Shown: in pieces, positions 35,102 to 43,656 of the stretch
Layout: every line of letters begins with the position of its first letter
How positions within the stretch are numbered: the first letter of the stretch is position 1
Source of the DNA: Cronobacter phage ESP2949-1
Sequence record: JF912400.1
Length of the DNA stretch: 48,766 bases
Strand: one strand, 5' to 3'
Notes under the pieces: model-generated
The model's database searches: none
Told to the model about the DNA's origin: nothing
The model's input: only the letters and a program-made list of their open reading frames with translations
Position numbers and translations under genes: made by a program

Positions 35102-37127
35102 TTTGGAACTCCTTCTTATAGATATTGTCTTGACCCTTCGCCGTTTTACGGTGCGTCACTTTAACCGGCGCTGAAATAAGGTACGCATACTGCATAATCT
35201 TTCTTGCGTTCTTGTAGCTCGCCACGATGCCCGCCGCCTTTTTATCTCCCTTGATGTGTTCAAGCGCGGCTTTCATCCATTTTTTTCGGCAGATATTGTT
35301 ATCTGATTCCGGGAAGAATGTTTCGTATGCCATGAATGAATCGCCATCATGGGAAAGCTCATACTTAAATACGATGCCTCGCTGGTTTTTTGTCAGTCCA
35401 ACATTGAATGAAAGGACGTCAAACCAGTCGTTTTTTGTGTAATGCTTGTGGCTCAGGTTTGCGTTAGGGTCTACCAGCGAAACATCACAGCAACGGCATA
35501 TCCGAGCAACAACATCATTCTTCGTTCCGCAACCAGGATGGATTAATTTCTTAGTTCTCGGATCAATTCTGTCCTCGCAAATCTGATATTTCCAGAAATA
35601 TTCACAGCGTTTCCCGTCCACCTCGTTAATGCAGCGTCGAGCATAAAAACTATTCCACGTTCCGCAAAGCTTGCATTGTTTCGGGTCTTTGCCGTTACGG
35701 TTTCGGCTTTGGTATTGGGCCTGTTCAAGTATCGGATCAAAATAAAGCTCGCCAAGCTCATCCATAGTTCCTGAAAAGTCAAACACAAGGTGATCGTCTT
35801 TGGTAAATCCCTGCTCCTTGTGCCATTTCTTCAACTGCCTCATCCCACGGCCCAAAAGCTGAATAAGTAGCGTAAGAGAGCTTATTTTGCGAAGAATAAC
35901 GCTGGTATCCCAATATGGAACGTTAACGCCAGTCGTCAGAGCGTTTACCTGGAAAATATATTTTACTTTCCCCTCAAATGCTTCCTTAAGCCATGCTGCT
36001 CGCTTTTTCTCCGGCGTCTTGCCGGTAATGATTCTGTAAGTAACACCTTCTGGTAAAGCGTCGGCGGCTTCCTTGCAGTGTCTTTCCCCTGCGCAAGTAA
36101 CCAGCACGCCATTCCTGTTTTTGCACGCCTCATGAACGAATTTCATGATTCGTATTGTCATGTCGCCGGACGACTCGATTTTCTTCTCCATCGCCTTGAG
36201 GGTTTTTAGATCGAAGTCTTGAACGCCGTCAACTTCCGAGGCGTGGAACTCTGAAAGGTCATATCCCAGGCCGCCGCCGTCGCCGAAGTTTGTCGGAACA
36301 ACGGAGCCGAACTTCACCAGGTAGCTGGTATTAATATCCGTCACCTGCTCCCGCCAGAATCCAAGTTGTTTTTTGTCCTCAACCAAAATTGGTGTCGTTC
36401 CCCGGAACTCCGATCCTGTCATGCCAAAAATACGCAATTCCCGACGGTGAACTTCCCGGCATCGCTTCATCAGTTCCATGATGATGATCGTGTATTGCGC
36501 ACGTCCTGTTCCGGTCAATGGAAGCCCGTCCGGCCCGATAAGAAATTCTTCGGCCTCGCCAGGGTTGGTGATATCGAAATCAGGATTTGGAATCTTCTCG
36601 CCTTTCGGCGTGATCATCTGGAGGATGCTTTCTTTGCGGTCAATCGCTTCGGCCAAATCCTCCCAATCGACCTGGTGACATTCATCAATGCCAAGCACGC
36701 TAGGCGCGAAGTCACCAAGCGCCTTATAAAGACCGTTAACCACGCTTCCCTCGGAGCCAACGACGATGGGAAAGTAGGCGCTTTTTAAGTTAAGCCCGGC
36801 GCAGTAAACGGAATTTGGAACGTTCAGATTGCTGATTTCCTCGGAGTCCTGATCCACAATTTCCGCCTGGCGCGCCAGCACAAGCATTTTCAGGCCCATC
36901 TTTTGGCACTGCGCAGCAACCATTGCAAACATCAGCGTTTTACCGGCAGACACGGAAGCCTTTACGAAAAATGGATGCTGGTACATAGACAGGCGTTTTG
37001 CGATCTCAACGTAAGCAACGCACTGGTAAGGGTATGGAACAATCTCGCCAACGGTGAATCGTTCCTGAATTGATTTTATCTTTTCCGGCCCCAGCGCTGC
37101 GATCTGCTTTTCAATGTTAGGAATCAT
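35091..37127 (-). CDS. SF2 DEAD/DEAH-box helicase with C-terminal zinc-binding region
   Basis: FVKASVSAGKTLM (motif I), LGIDECHQVDW (II), FQVNALTTGVNVPYWDTSVILR (IV/V), QLLGRGMR (VI); C-terminal CxxC clusters. Confidence 0.9.
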   Translation of the reverse strand: MIPNIEKQIAALGPEKIKSIQERFTVGEIVPYPYQCVAYVEIAKRLSMYQHPFFVKASVSAGKTLMFAMVAAQCQKMGLKMLVLARQAEIVDQDSEEISNLNVPNSVYCAGLNLKSAYFPIVVGSEGSVVNGLYKALGDFAPSVLGIDECHQVDWEDLAEAIDRKESILQMITPKGEKIPNPDFDITNPGEAEEFLIGPDGLPLTGTGRAQYTIIIMELMKRCREVHRRELRIFGMTGSEFRGTTPILVEDKKQLGFWREQVTDINTSYLVKFGSVVPTNFGDGGGLGYDLSEFHASEVDGVQDFDLKTLKAMEKKIESSGDMTIRIMKFVHEACKNRNGVLVTCAGERHCKEAADALPEGVTYRIITGKTPEKKRAAWLKEAFEGKVKYIFQVNALTTGVNVPYWDTSVILRKISSLTLLIQLLGRGMRQLKKWHKEQGFTKDDHLVFDFSGTMDELGELYFDPILEQAQYQSRNRNGKDPKQCKLCGTWNSFYARRCINEVDGKRCEYFWKYQICEDRIDPRTKKLIHPGCGTKNDVVARICRCCDVSLVDPNANLSHKHYTKNDWFDVLSFNVGLTKNQRGIVFKYELSHDGDSFMAYETFFPESDNNICRKKWMKAALEHIKGDKKAAGIVASYKNARKIMQYAYLISAPVKVTHRKTAKGQDNIYKKEFQIDD

Positions 37128-37165
37128 GCCTTTTTCTCACCTCTTTAAAAGTGCTATTTTGCCTG

Positions 37166-37212
37166 TATAATACACCGAAACGAACTTCCCTATTAACAAA
37201 AAATGCTATGAG
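37166..37212. promoter_or_regulatory. Divergent control site: minus cassette for helicase operon overlapping a plus-strand TATAAT
   Basis: Minus: TAGCATTTTTTGTTA dyad, TAATAG, 17 bp, TATTAT (37167-37172); plus: TATAAT 37166-37171. Confidence 0.6.
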
Positions 37213-37220
37213 GTGACACT

Positions 37221-37679
37221 ATGACTACACCGGAACGAATTACAGCGTCTACTGCAAAAGTTGATAAGCGCAAGATTAACGGCAACAATGGAACGCGGCG
37301 CGGGCCTGACAAAAAGCCACGTAAGCGCCGTGAAGGTTATTATGTTCTGCGTCCGGAAGTTCGCGCAGGCTTGCGTGAGCGCATGGAGATTGTGCTTGAT
37401 TATCTTGGTGGTCGACCTTCCGTGATCGCAAAGCGCTTAGGTGTCTCTATGGGAACCGTTCAGCAGTGGCGCATCAGGGGCATGATTTCTGCCGAAGGTG
37501 CCCGCCTTGTCCATCGTGACTATCAAAAGAACAAGTGCAACGGATACCGCGCCAGATTCTGCCGACCGGATCTGCAATTTGACGCGAACGGAAAACCCCT
37601 GGTGACGAAGTGCCGCCGCCGTGAATTTCTGACAACGTTCCGTCATAACCGCCCACTTCGCGGTAGCACGAAAAGCTAA
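37221..37679 (+). CDS. HTH DNA-binding protein (candidate regulator)
   Basis: GGRPSVIAKRLGVSMGTVQQWRIRGMISAEGARLV Cro/YdaS-like HTH; basic. Confidence 0.75.
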   Translation: MTTPERITASTAKVDKRKINGNNGTRRGPDKKPRKRREGYYVLRPEVRAGLRERMEIVLDYLGGRPSVIAKRLGVSMGTVQQWRIRGMISAEGARLVHRDYQKNKCNGYRARFCRPDLQFDANGKPLVTKCRRREFLTTFRHNRPLRGSTKS

Positions 37680-37706
37680 ACATCAGCGCCCACGTATACC
37701 TATCAT
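37664..37706 (+). promoter_or_regulatory. TAGCA-dyad promoter cassette
   Basis: TAGCA-CGAAA-AGCTA, TAAACA, 18 bp, TATCAT; 30 nt upstream of the 37736 ATG. Confidence 0.75.
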
Positions 37707-37726
37707 TGCGTGGGCTTTTTATTTTT
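37688..37726 (+). terminator. Rho-independent terminator-like hairpin with promoter -10 in its loop
   Basis: GCCCACG-(14 nt)-CGTGGGC-TTTTTATTTTT. Confidence 0.65.
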
Positions 37727-37735
37727 GGAGGTGCT

Positions 37736-38680
37736 ATGAACGCCGAAAACCTTATGATGTACCAGAAAGAGGATGTACTGCCATACATGGGCGGCATGTG
37801 GAAGGATGCTTTACAGTCTATTTGCGGGCTGTCTCCTCAGGTATTCAACAAAAAGCATCAGCCATGCCCGCACTGCGGCGGCAAAGACCGCTTTCGCTGG
37901 ACTGACAACCTGGACAAGCCTGGAGACGGCGGCGCGATCTGTAACTCGTGCGGAAACGATACCGGAATCGGCTGGATGATGAAGCTTACCGGCGAGCCTT
38001 ACTCGGAGGTCATAAACATCCTGGGCCGCTTTTTGGGTAAGGTGCCGCAGGAGTACAGGATCAAGAAAAATAAGCAGGCATCCAGATCCACTGGTTATAA
38101 CTTTGGCGCTCAGGTTGAACATGAGAAATGCCTTGCGGTAATGGAAAGAACAGAGGCAGTAGTAAGAACGCCTCTAAGCGTTTATGAAGGCATCTCTCTG
38201 CCGGATGGCGAATGGTACTTCGTGGGGAAGAAACCGCGCGAGATTGCCGCTGATGAGCTAATTCACGCCATCCCATGCAGGTTGGTACATGATGACGGCC
38301 CGGATGATGAGTTTTGCAACATTCTTTTCATTGATGAGTCTGGCAACGAGTCTTTTTATGCAAAGCGATATACGCCGGGATCGGTTGTTGTGAACGGCAA
38401 TACCGATGGGGCAATTTACCTTTGCTCTGACTGGATAGCTTCGCAACACGCCAGGTTGTTTACCGGGCAAGAGATCTGGACGTGCTTTACTCCTTACAAT
38501 ATCGAGATGGTCGCGTTCCGATACAAGGGGCCAAGAGAGATTCGGGTCATTTGCCATCCTGATGATCGCGATTCGATAATCGCGGCGGAGGAAAGACAGC
38601 TAAAAGTTCTCCTTCCGGTAGATGGTGATTTCAAAAAGGGCATAATGAAAAAGATATTCGACCCGGCAATCCTGCTATGA
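37736..38680 (+). CDS. Zinc-binding phage primase
   Basis: CPHCGGKDRFRW...GGGAICNSCG primase zinc finger; start refined. Confidence 0.85.
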   Translation: MNAENLMMYQKEDVLPYMGGMWKDALQSICGLSPQVFNKKHQPCPHCGGKDRFRWTDNLDKPGDGGAICNSCGNDTGIGWMMKLTGEPYSEVINILGRFLGKVPQEYRIKKNKQASRSTGYNFGAQVEHEKCLAVMERTEAVVRTPLSVYEGISLPDGEWYFVGKKPREIAADELIHAIPCRLVHDDGPDDEFCNILFIDESGNESFYAKRYTPGSVVVNGNTDGAIYLCSDWIASQHARLFTGQEIWTCFTPYNIEMVAFRYKGPREIRVICHPDDRDSIIAAEERQLKVLLPVDGDFKKGIMKKIFDPAILL

Positions 38681-38766
38681 CCGAACCACACCCGCTACGG
38701 CGGGTTTTTTTATTGGTGCCGTAATGCTATTATCGCCATGAATTTAACACATGATAAGGTGATTTT

Positions 38767-40635
38767 ATGGCTATTTACAAAACCGGCCAGGCATCAGTAA
38801 GCGCCGATGGCGTTGTCACTGGTTACGGCACTAAATGGAAAGACGCGCTTTCCCTGATCCGCAAAGGCTGCACCATTGCTTTTGCCACCAGCCCGACCAC
38901 TTTCGCAACTATCAGTGACATTCGAACCGATACTGAGATGACGGTAACGGATGCCCCCGGCGTGGAAATCCCGCGCGGCGACTACGTGATCCTGTTAACC
39001 ACTTCAATAACCGTTGACGGCCTGGCGCAAGATGTGGCGGAAACCCTTCGCTACTATCAGGGCCGTGAGACCCAATACGAGCAATTCGTCGAGTTCCTTG
39101 AAAACTTCGATTGGGAAAAGTTTGAAACGGTCACGCAAGATGTGAAGGCTAACGCTGACGCCGCCCAGGCAAGCGCAGACGCTGCCAAGACCAGCGAAAC
39201 CAAAGCTGCCGCCAGCGCATCGGCTGCAAAAACGAGTGAGACGAATGCCGCCAATAGTGCGGCAAGCATTGGCAATGCTGAAAGAAATGCTGCTGCCAGC
39301 GCTGCCGCTGCCAAGACCAGCGAAACGAACGCGGCGGCAAGCGCCTCTGCGGCGGCTGGTAGTGCTTCTGCGGCAAAGACCAGCGAGACAAATGCAAAGA
39401 CCAGCGAAACCAACGCTGCGTCCAGCGCTACCGCCGCAAACAACAGCAAAACCGCCGCTGCGACTTCCGCAACCAATGCCGCAGGTAGTGCTACCTCTGC
39501 GTCTAACAGCGCATCAGCGGCCAAGACCAGCGAAACCAATGCTGCGTCCAGCGCTTCTGCGGCAAAGACCAGTGAAACCAATGCCGCCGCCAGCGCATCG
39601 GCTGCTGCCGGATCTGCAACGAAGGCGAAAAATGAAGCTGATCGAGCACAAGGTCTGGCAGATAGCCTGGATACATCCAAGCTGATGATGAAGGGAAACA
39701 ACCTTTCAGATGTTGCCAGTGTTCCACAAGCAAGAACTAATCTTGGCCTGGGTGATTCCAGCAACGTCACCTTCAATGTCGTTACAACCTCTGGTGATAT
39801 TAACGCAATAAGGAATAGTGACACGCCAACGAGAAGCCCAGCTATCACATCAAGGGTTGTCGGAAGTGATGGAACCGTTCTTGTTCAGGCTGAATTGTGG
39901 GCTGATACCAGTTCGAACTCAATTGCGCTGGTTAACAGAAACACAACCGGGCCACGATTTTTTACTATTAAAAACGATGGATCTGTTAACCCATCCGGCA
40001 GGATAATATCTAATTATGGCGCTGACTACGCTATGAATCTTGCCGCTCCTATACTGGATGCAAGAAAAGGATATGTAAACACGATCGCGTCGTCAAACAG
40101 CTTAAGCTGTTACGTTTGTTTTAAGAATGCTGACGAAAGAAATCGCGGAATCATATATTGCAACGATAACCAGGTTATCAACATTCGACCGGACAACGTT
40201 GGAACTGGCGCAATTGGCAGAACATTAAGCATCAATGGAGCAAATGGTGTTTGTACTGCCGTACAGTTTTCGTCAACTTCTGATGAGCGCGCAAAGTTCT
40301 GGATCAAGCCAGTAACAGACGCTCTAGATAAGGTTTGTTCGTTGAAAGGCGTTACATATTCAATGCACACAACGACGCAAAACACTGTCAGGAACGCCGG
40401 TCTTATTGCCCAGGATGTACAGAAAGTATTGCCGGAAGCTGTTCACGTTGGCGAGGTTGGCAAGACGCTTGATAAAAATTGCTTTGAGGTAGAAGATCCG
40501 TTAAGCCTTGACTACAACGCTATGTCAGCGCTTTATGTAGAAGCATTTAAGGAGGTCAGATCGGAAATGCAGGCGATGAGAGATGAAATTCAGTCTCTAA
40601 AAGCGGAAATTGAGTTGCTTAAGAATCCACAATAA
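38767..40635 (+). CDS. Stf-like side tail fibre with C-terminal S74 intramolecular chaperone
   Basis: Many AAKTSETNAAASASAAxGS repeats; C-terminal SSDERAKFWIKPVTDALDKVCSLKGVTY...AGLIAQDVQKVLPEAV. Confidence 0.92.
   Translation: MAIYKTGQASVSADGVVTGYGTKWKDALSLIRKGCTIAFATSPTTFATISDIRTDTEMTVTDAPGVEIPRGDYVILLTTSITVDGLAQDVAETLRYYQGRETQYEQFVEFLENFDWEKFETVTQDVKANADAAQASADAAKTSETKAAASASAAKTSETNAANSAASIGNAERNAAASAAAAKTSETNAAASASAAAGSASAAKTSETNAKTSETNAASSATAANNSKTAAATSATNAAGSATSASNSASAAKTSETNAASSASAAKTSETNAAASASAAAGSATKAKNEADRAQGLADSLDTSKLMMKGNNLSDVASVPQARTNLGLGDSSNVTFNVVTTSGDINAIRNSDTPTRSPAITSRVVGSDGTVLVQAELWADTSSNSIALVNRNTTGPRFFTIKNDGSVNPSGRIISNYGADYAMNLAAPILDARKGYVNTIASSNSLSCYVCFKNADERNRGIIYCNDNQVINIRPDNVGTGAIGRTLSINGANGVCTAVQFSSTSDERAKFWIKPVTDALDKVCSLKGVTYSMHTTTQNTVRNAGLIAQDVQKVLPEAVHVGEVGKTLDKNCFEVEDPLSLDYNAMSALYVEAFKEVRSEMQAMRDEIQSLKAEIELLKNPQ
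39150..39670 (+). repeat. Coding degenerate direct repeats (GCxAAGACCAGCGAAACCAATGCxGCG units)
   Basis: Near-identical 30-60 nt units in the fibre shaft. Confidence 0.9.
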
Positions 40636-40637
40636 AC

Positions 40638-40666
40638 AAAGGGGCCATTTGGCCCCTTTTTATTTT
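40638..40666. terminator. Bidirectional rho-independent terminator
   Basis: AAAGGGGCC-attt-GGCCCCTTTTTATTTTT between convergent genes. Confidence 0.88.
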
Positions 40667-40668
40667 TA

Positions 40669-41109
40669 TCAGAATGGAATGTCGTCGTCGAAATCCATTG
40701 GCGGTTGATTATTCTGTTTAGGCTGCTCGCTTTGCTGCGGCTGTTGAGGTCGCCCCCAGCCGCTTTGCTGATTGCCGCCTCCAGTCTGCTGCGCGCCGCC
40801 GCGCTGGCTGAAATTGAGGTTAGCAAAACCGCCAGGCGATAACGTCAGATAAACCTTACCGTTGTGCTCATTGCTTTCCACTCTCAGCGTGTCGCAGGAA
40901 ATGGAGACAACCTTGCCAAGCTGAAATGCTTCATCGTACCAGCCGCGAAGCGCGTCGTTTTTGGCATTGAAAAAGAATTTGTAGTTGGTGTATTGCGCGT
41001 TTCCTTCACGGTCTTTGAACCGCTCAGAGAGCTCCACGATATAAAGCTTCCCGTTCGGCCCCTCTTTGGTAAAAGGCTCCTTTCGGATCTCGCCGGTAAT
41101 AATGTGCAT
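40669..41109 (-). CDS. Single-stranded DNA-binding protein-like
   Basis: 146 aa; FKDREGNAQYTNYKFFFNAKND..., acidic tail PPMDFDDDIPF. Confidence 0.88.
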   Translation of the reverse strand: MHIITGEIRKEPFTKEGPNGKLYIVELSERFKDREGNAQYTNYKFFFNAKNDALRGWYDEAFQLGKVVSISCDTLRVESNEHNGKVYLTLSPGGFANLNFSQRGGAQQTGGGNQQSGWGRPQQPQQSEQPKQNNQPPMDFDDDIPF

Positions 41110-41138
41110 TTATTTCTCCTGAAATGCCCCGAAGGGCA

Positions 41139-41798
41139 TTAATCAAAGTTTTCGATTGGCTGGCTTGAGGTTTCGAATGTTACCTGGCTTTCTTTGCCTG
41201 AGTCAACCGCAAGATTTTTGTTCACGTCATGAACATCAAAGCCGCGCGCCGTTTCTGCCTCAAGCTCTGCCTTGCGCTTATCTTTGTGCTCGACGATGAC
41301 GATTTTACTTGCCGGGTCGCACGACTGAATTGCAGATCGGAAAAGAGACGCAAGCTCATCAACCGACTTGGCGCGGTCAAAGTCTCGCTTCCATTCTTCC
41401 GCCGACTTCATGGCGATCTGTGCATCGTCATCAGCTTGAGCAAGGCCCAGGGCGGCTGCGATTGCATAGCGTCGGGCGTATGTCAGCGCTGAGCCGCACG
41501 CCTGCGGATCGTTTTTTACAATGCAGATTTCGGAGTAATATTTCACCCACTGCCCGCTTTCATGAAGAATAGTTGTCTCAACCTTCATTCGCGTTTTGTC
41601 GTCGCTTTCAAGCATGTCCTGCATCAGCATCAGATTGCTGTTGACCAGTGCTGGTGTGACGGCCTGCAAGATGCTATCCAGCGTCGCATAGGTGTTATGC
41701 AGATGGCTGTTCTTCTTGTCTTTCTTCACGGTCACAAACTGACGTTTTGCCTTTAACAGCGCGGGCAGAACTTGGTCGAATTTTTCGGAAAGTTTCAT
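41139..41798 (-). CDS. ERF-family single-strand annealing recombinase
   Basis: YATLDSILQAVTPALVNSNLMLMQ..., DPQACGSALTYARRYAIAAALGLAQADDDA. Confidence 0.92.
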   Translation of the reverse strand: MKLSEKFDQVLPALLKAKRQFVTVKKDKKNSHLHNTYATLDSILQAVTPALVNSNLMLMQDMLESDDKTRMKVETTILHESGQWVKYYSEICIVKNDPQACGSALTYARRYAIAAALGLAQADDDAQIAMKSAEEWKRDFDRAKSVDELASLFRSAIQSCDPASKIVIVEHKDKRKAELEAETARGFDVHDVNKNLAVDSGKESQVTFETSSQPIENFD

Positions 41799-42070
41799 TA
41801 CTCACCATCCTTTTTGTTGTGGCGCTGGCGGATTTTTTCGATCAGCAACATGGTTTGGTCGCTCATCAGCTTTTCAGCTTCGGCGTCACCCTTGAGCATG
41901 GTCATGCGCAGGATAAGCTCATTACCGGCGACCATAACCGAAATCATGTGTTCCAAAGTTTCGCGGTCTGCGTCCGGGTTGAAACCTGACACATAACCAT
42001 AAACTAGCTCGCTGATTCGTGTAGTGATAAGAGACACGAACTCCTGAGTGCTGATTTTTTCTTCTTTCAT
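41798..42070 (-). CDS. Hypothetical protein
   Basis: 90 aa, 1-nt overlap with ERF gene; cassette upstream. Confidence 0.6.
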   Translation of the reverse strand: MKEEKISTQEFVSLITTRISELVYGYVSGFNPDADRETLEHMISVMVAGNELILRMTMLKGDAEAEKLMSDQTMLLIEKIRQRHNKKDGE

Positions 42071-42099
42071 AAATCACCTGCTTTGTTGATTGTGCGGGC

Positions 42100-42141
42100 A
42101 TTATAACTCTTGCCCGCCATGATGTTTAGCTATTTGTGCCA
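42100..42141 (-). promoter_or_regulatory. TAGCA-dyad promoter cassette
   Basis: TGGCA-CAAAT-AGCTA, TAAACA, 17 bp, TATAAT. Confidence 0.7.
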
Positions 42142-42143
42142 TA

Positions 42144-43202
42144 TCAAAGATACTGGCTGTATTCCTTCAAAACCCATGCTGGCGTTTCAAGTTCAACCTC
42201 TGGCGCACCCAATTCGTAAGAGTGCCACTGGTTAGTTTTCTGGCAGATCGCGAACGTGTGGATGACCTGCATATACTGAATGCGCCCAATTTTAAGCTGC
42301 GCCTGGCTCATTCGAAAAGCTATCGGCAGATAAGGCTCTTTCTTCTCCTGAGCCAGCAGGCGCACGATAATAGGGCGTTTTTCTTCCGGATAGGCCGCCT
42401 TAAACAGATCACGCTGTAGCGCCATCTTGAGATAATAGCCATAGTTGAACGCATGGCGTGCGAACTCTTTCGGGTTGGCGCTCTGCGTCGTCTTGTAGTC
42501 GGTTATCACGATGGCCGTTGGATAGAATTTTTCTTCATACTCCGGCGTGCCGTCCGGCTTGGTGCCAACGATTTCTCTTACCGTCACGTTGTGAACTATG
42601 TCAACGTGATCGAGTCGAACCTTAACCTTAACACCATTGATAACGCCAAATATGGAAAGCTCGCGCTGCGCGGTAGGGCTGTTCATACTGGCTGCGTGCT
42701 CCGGTATCTTCTCCAGGACGGCGCGCATTGCCAGGCAGGCATCGTAATCTTTCGGTGGAACAAGCTCGACTCCATCGGCGCGCGCCTGCGACTCTGCGAT
42801 CATTTCTATAAGCCACCAGACGTTTAAGTCCACGCCGCAGTCAACCATCATTTTGATAAGGTCTGGATATGTCTTTCCGGAGGTACCTTTCAGGCCAAAA
42901 GATTTAAGCTTCGCTGCCAGCGCTGTCTGACTGGTAATCAGATCCTTGTAGTCATCTTCGCTTGGTGCCCTGCGGTAGATGGATTTGAAAAGCTCTGCGC
43001 TCTCATAGTTGGTATGAGACTGTGTACCAAAAACCAGGGGCTTTGCTTTGTCATCGCGCGGCCTGAACTTCCACGCTGCCGGGCAGGACTGGAAAACTTC
43101 TGCAAGGCTCGATCCGCTCACATATTCAGCCGTCCACGCGTTCGGATCGTGATAGAAGTCGTTAGTCATCTGGTCGCGCGTGAAAACTTTAAAATCACTC
43201 AT
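42144..43202 (-). CDS. PD-(D/E)XK exonuclease (PDDEXK_1/YqaJ-like)
   Basis: GSSLAEVFQSCPAAWKFR...; IVITDYKTTQ; paired with ERF/SSB; start at the second Met after AAAGGAG. Confidence 0.82.
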   Translation of the reverse strand: MSDFKVFTRDQMTNDFYHDPNAWTAEYVSGSSLAEVFQSCPAAWKFRPRDDKAKPLVFGTQSHTNYESAELFKSIYRRAPSEDDYKDLITSQTALAAKLKSFGLKGTSGKTYPDLIKMMVDCGVDLNVWWLIEMIAESQARADGVELVPPKDYDACLAMRAVLEKIPEHAASMNSPTAQRELSIFGVINGVKVKVRLDHVDIVHNVTVREIVGTKPDGTPEYEEKFYPTAIVITDYKTTQSANPKEFARHAFNYGYYLKMALQRDLFKAAYPEEKRPIIVRLLAQEKKEPYLPIAFRMSQAQLKIGRIQYMQVIHTFAICQKTNQWHSYELGAPEVELETPAWVLKEYSQYL

Positions 43203-43229
43203 ATCCATCTCCTTTGTTGATATTGAATG

Positions 43230-43258
43230 ATTCTATGCCATTTGGCTGATAATGGCAA
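43230..43258 (-). promoter_or_regulatory. sigma70 promoter for recombination operon
   Basis: TTGCCA-N17-TAGAAT; spacer carries TGCCATT...AATGGCA dyad. Confidence 0.7.
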
Positions 43259-43307
43259 CACTTTGGATGTTCAATTTGTTTTCTTATGTCTACAATGTTT
43301 TCAGGCA

Positions 43308-43577
43308 CTGTAAGTGAATGTTTTCATGCAGAATATTAAAATGTTAACGCTGTATTGAGATTTCGGCATACCCATATAAATATACGCATATATCAATAAT
43401 CATATATTCAAATCGCAAAACATATCCAATACCCTCCGAAAAACAGATACAACATGAACAACATCATCCCATACCCCTCCCCATATAGATAAATAAATAA
43501 ATAAACCTTTAATTTTCATATATATCTATGGGGGAGGGGAGGCTGCAAGGTATGGTAATTTAGCTCAAATTTTGCGC
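43308..43577. repeat. Duplicated non-coding element, copy 2
   Basis: Core AGATAAATAAATAAATAAACCTTTAATTTTCATATATATCTA (43487-43528) matches copy 1 (24074-24115) at 41/42 positions. Confidence 0.85.
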
Positions 43578-43635
43578 AAAATCTACGGAGCGCCAAGTTG
43601 TGAACACATGAGAACAATTTGAACAACAGATAAAG

Positions 43636-43656
43636 AAAAACCCGCCGAAGCGGGTT
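43636..43656 (-). terminator. Rho-independent terminator of tail operon, overlapping stop codon
   Basis: Minus strand CCCGC-TTCG-GCGGG-TTTTT. Confidence 0.88.

Noticed and set aside
33651-37127. Complete restriction-modification or BREX-like locus
   Set aside because: Helicase and VRR-NUC are typical phage replication/recombination components; no specificity subunit or PglZ/BrxC-like protein was recognised.
39150-39670. Repeats resembling a CRISPR array
   Set aside because: Repeat units are in frame in a fibre gene with no constant-length unique spacers and no cas genes.
39057-39848. 263-aa minus-strand ORF opposite the tail fibre
   Set aside because: Shadow ORF caused by the Ala/Ser-rich repeat composition; low-complexity translation and no RBS context.
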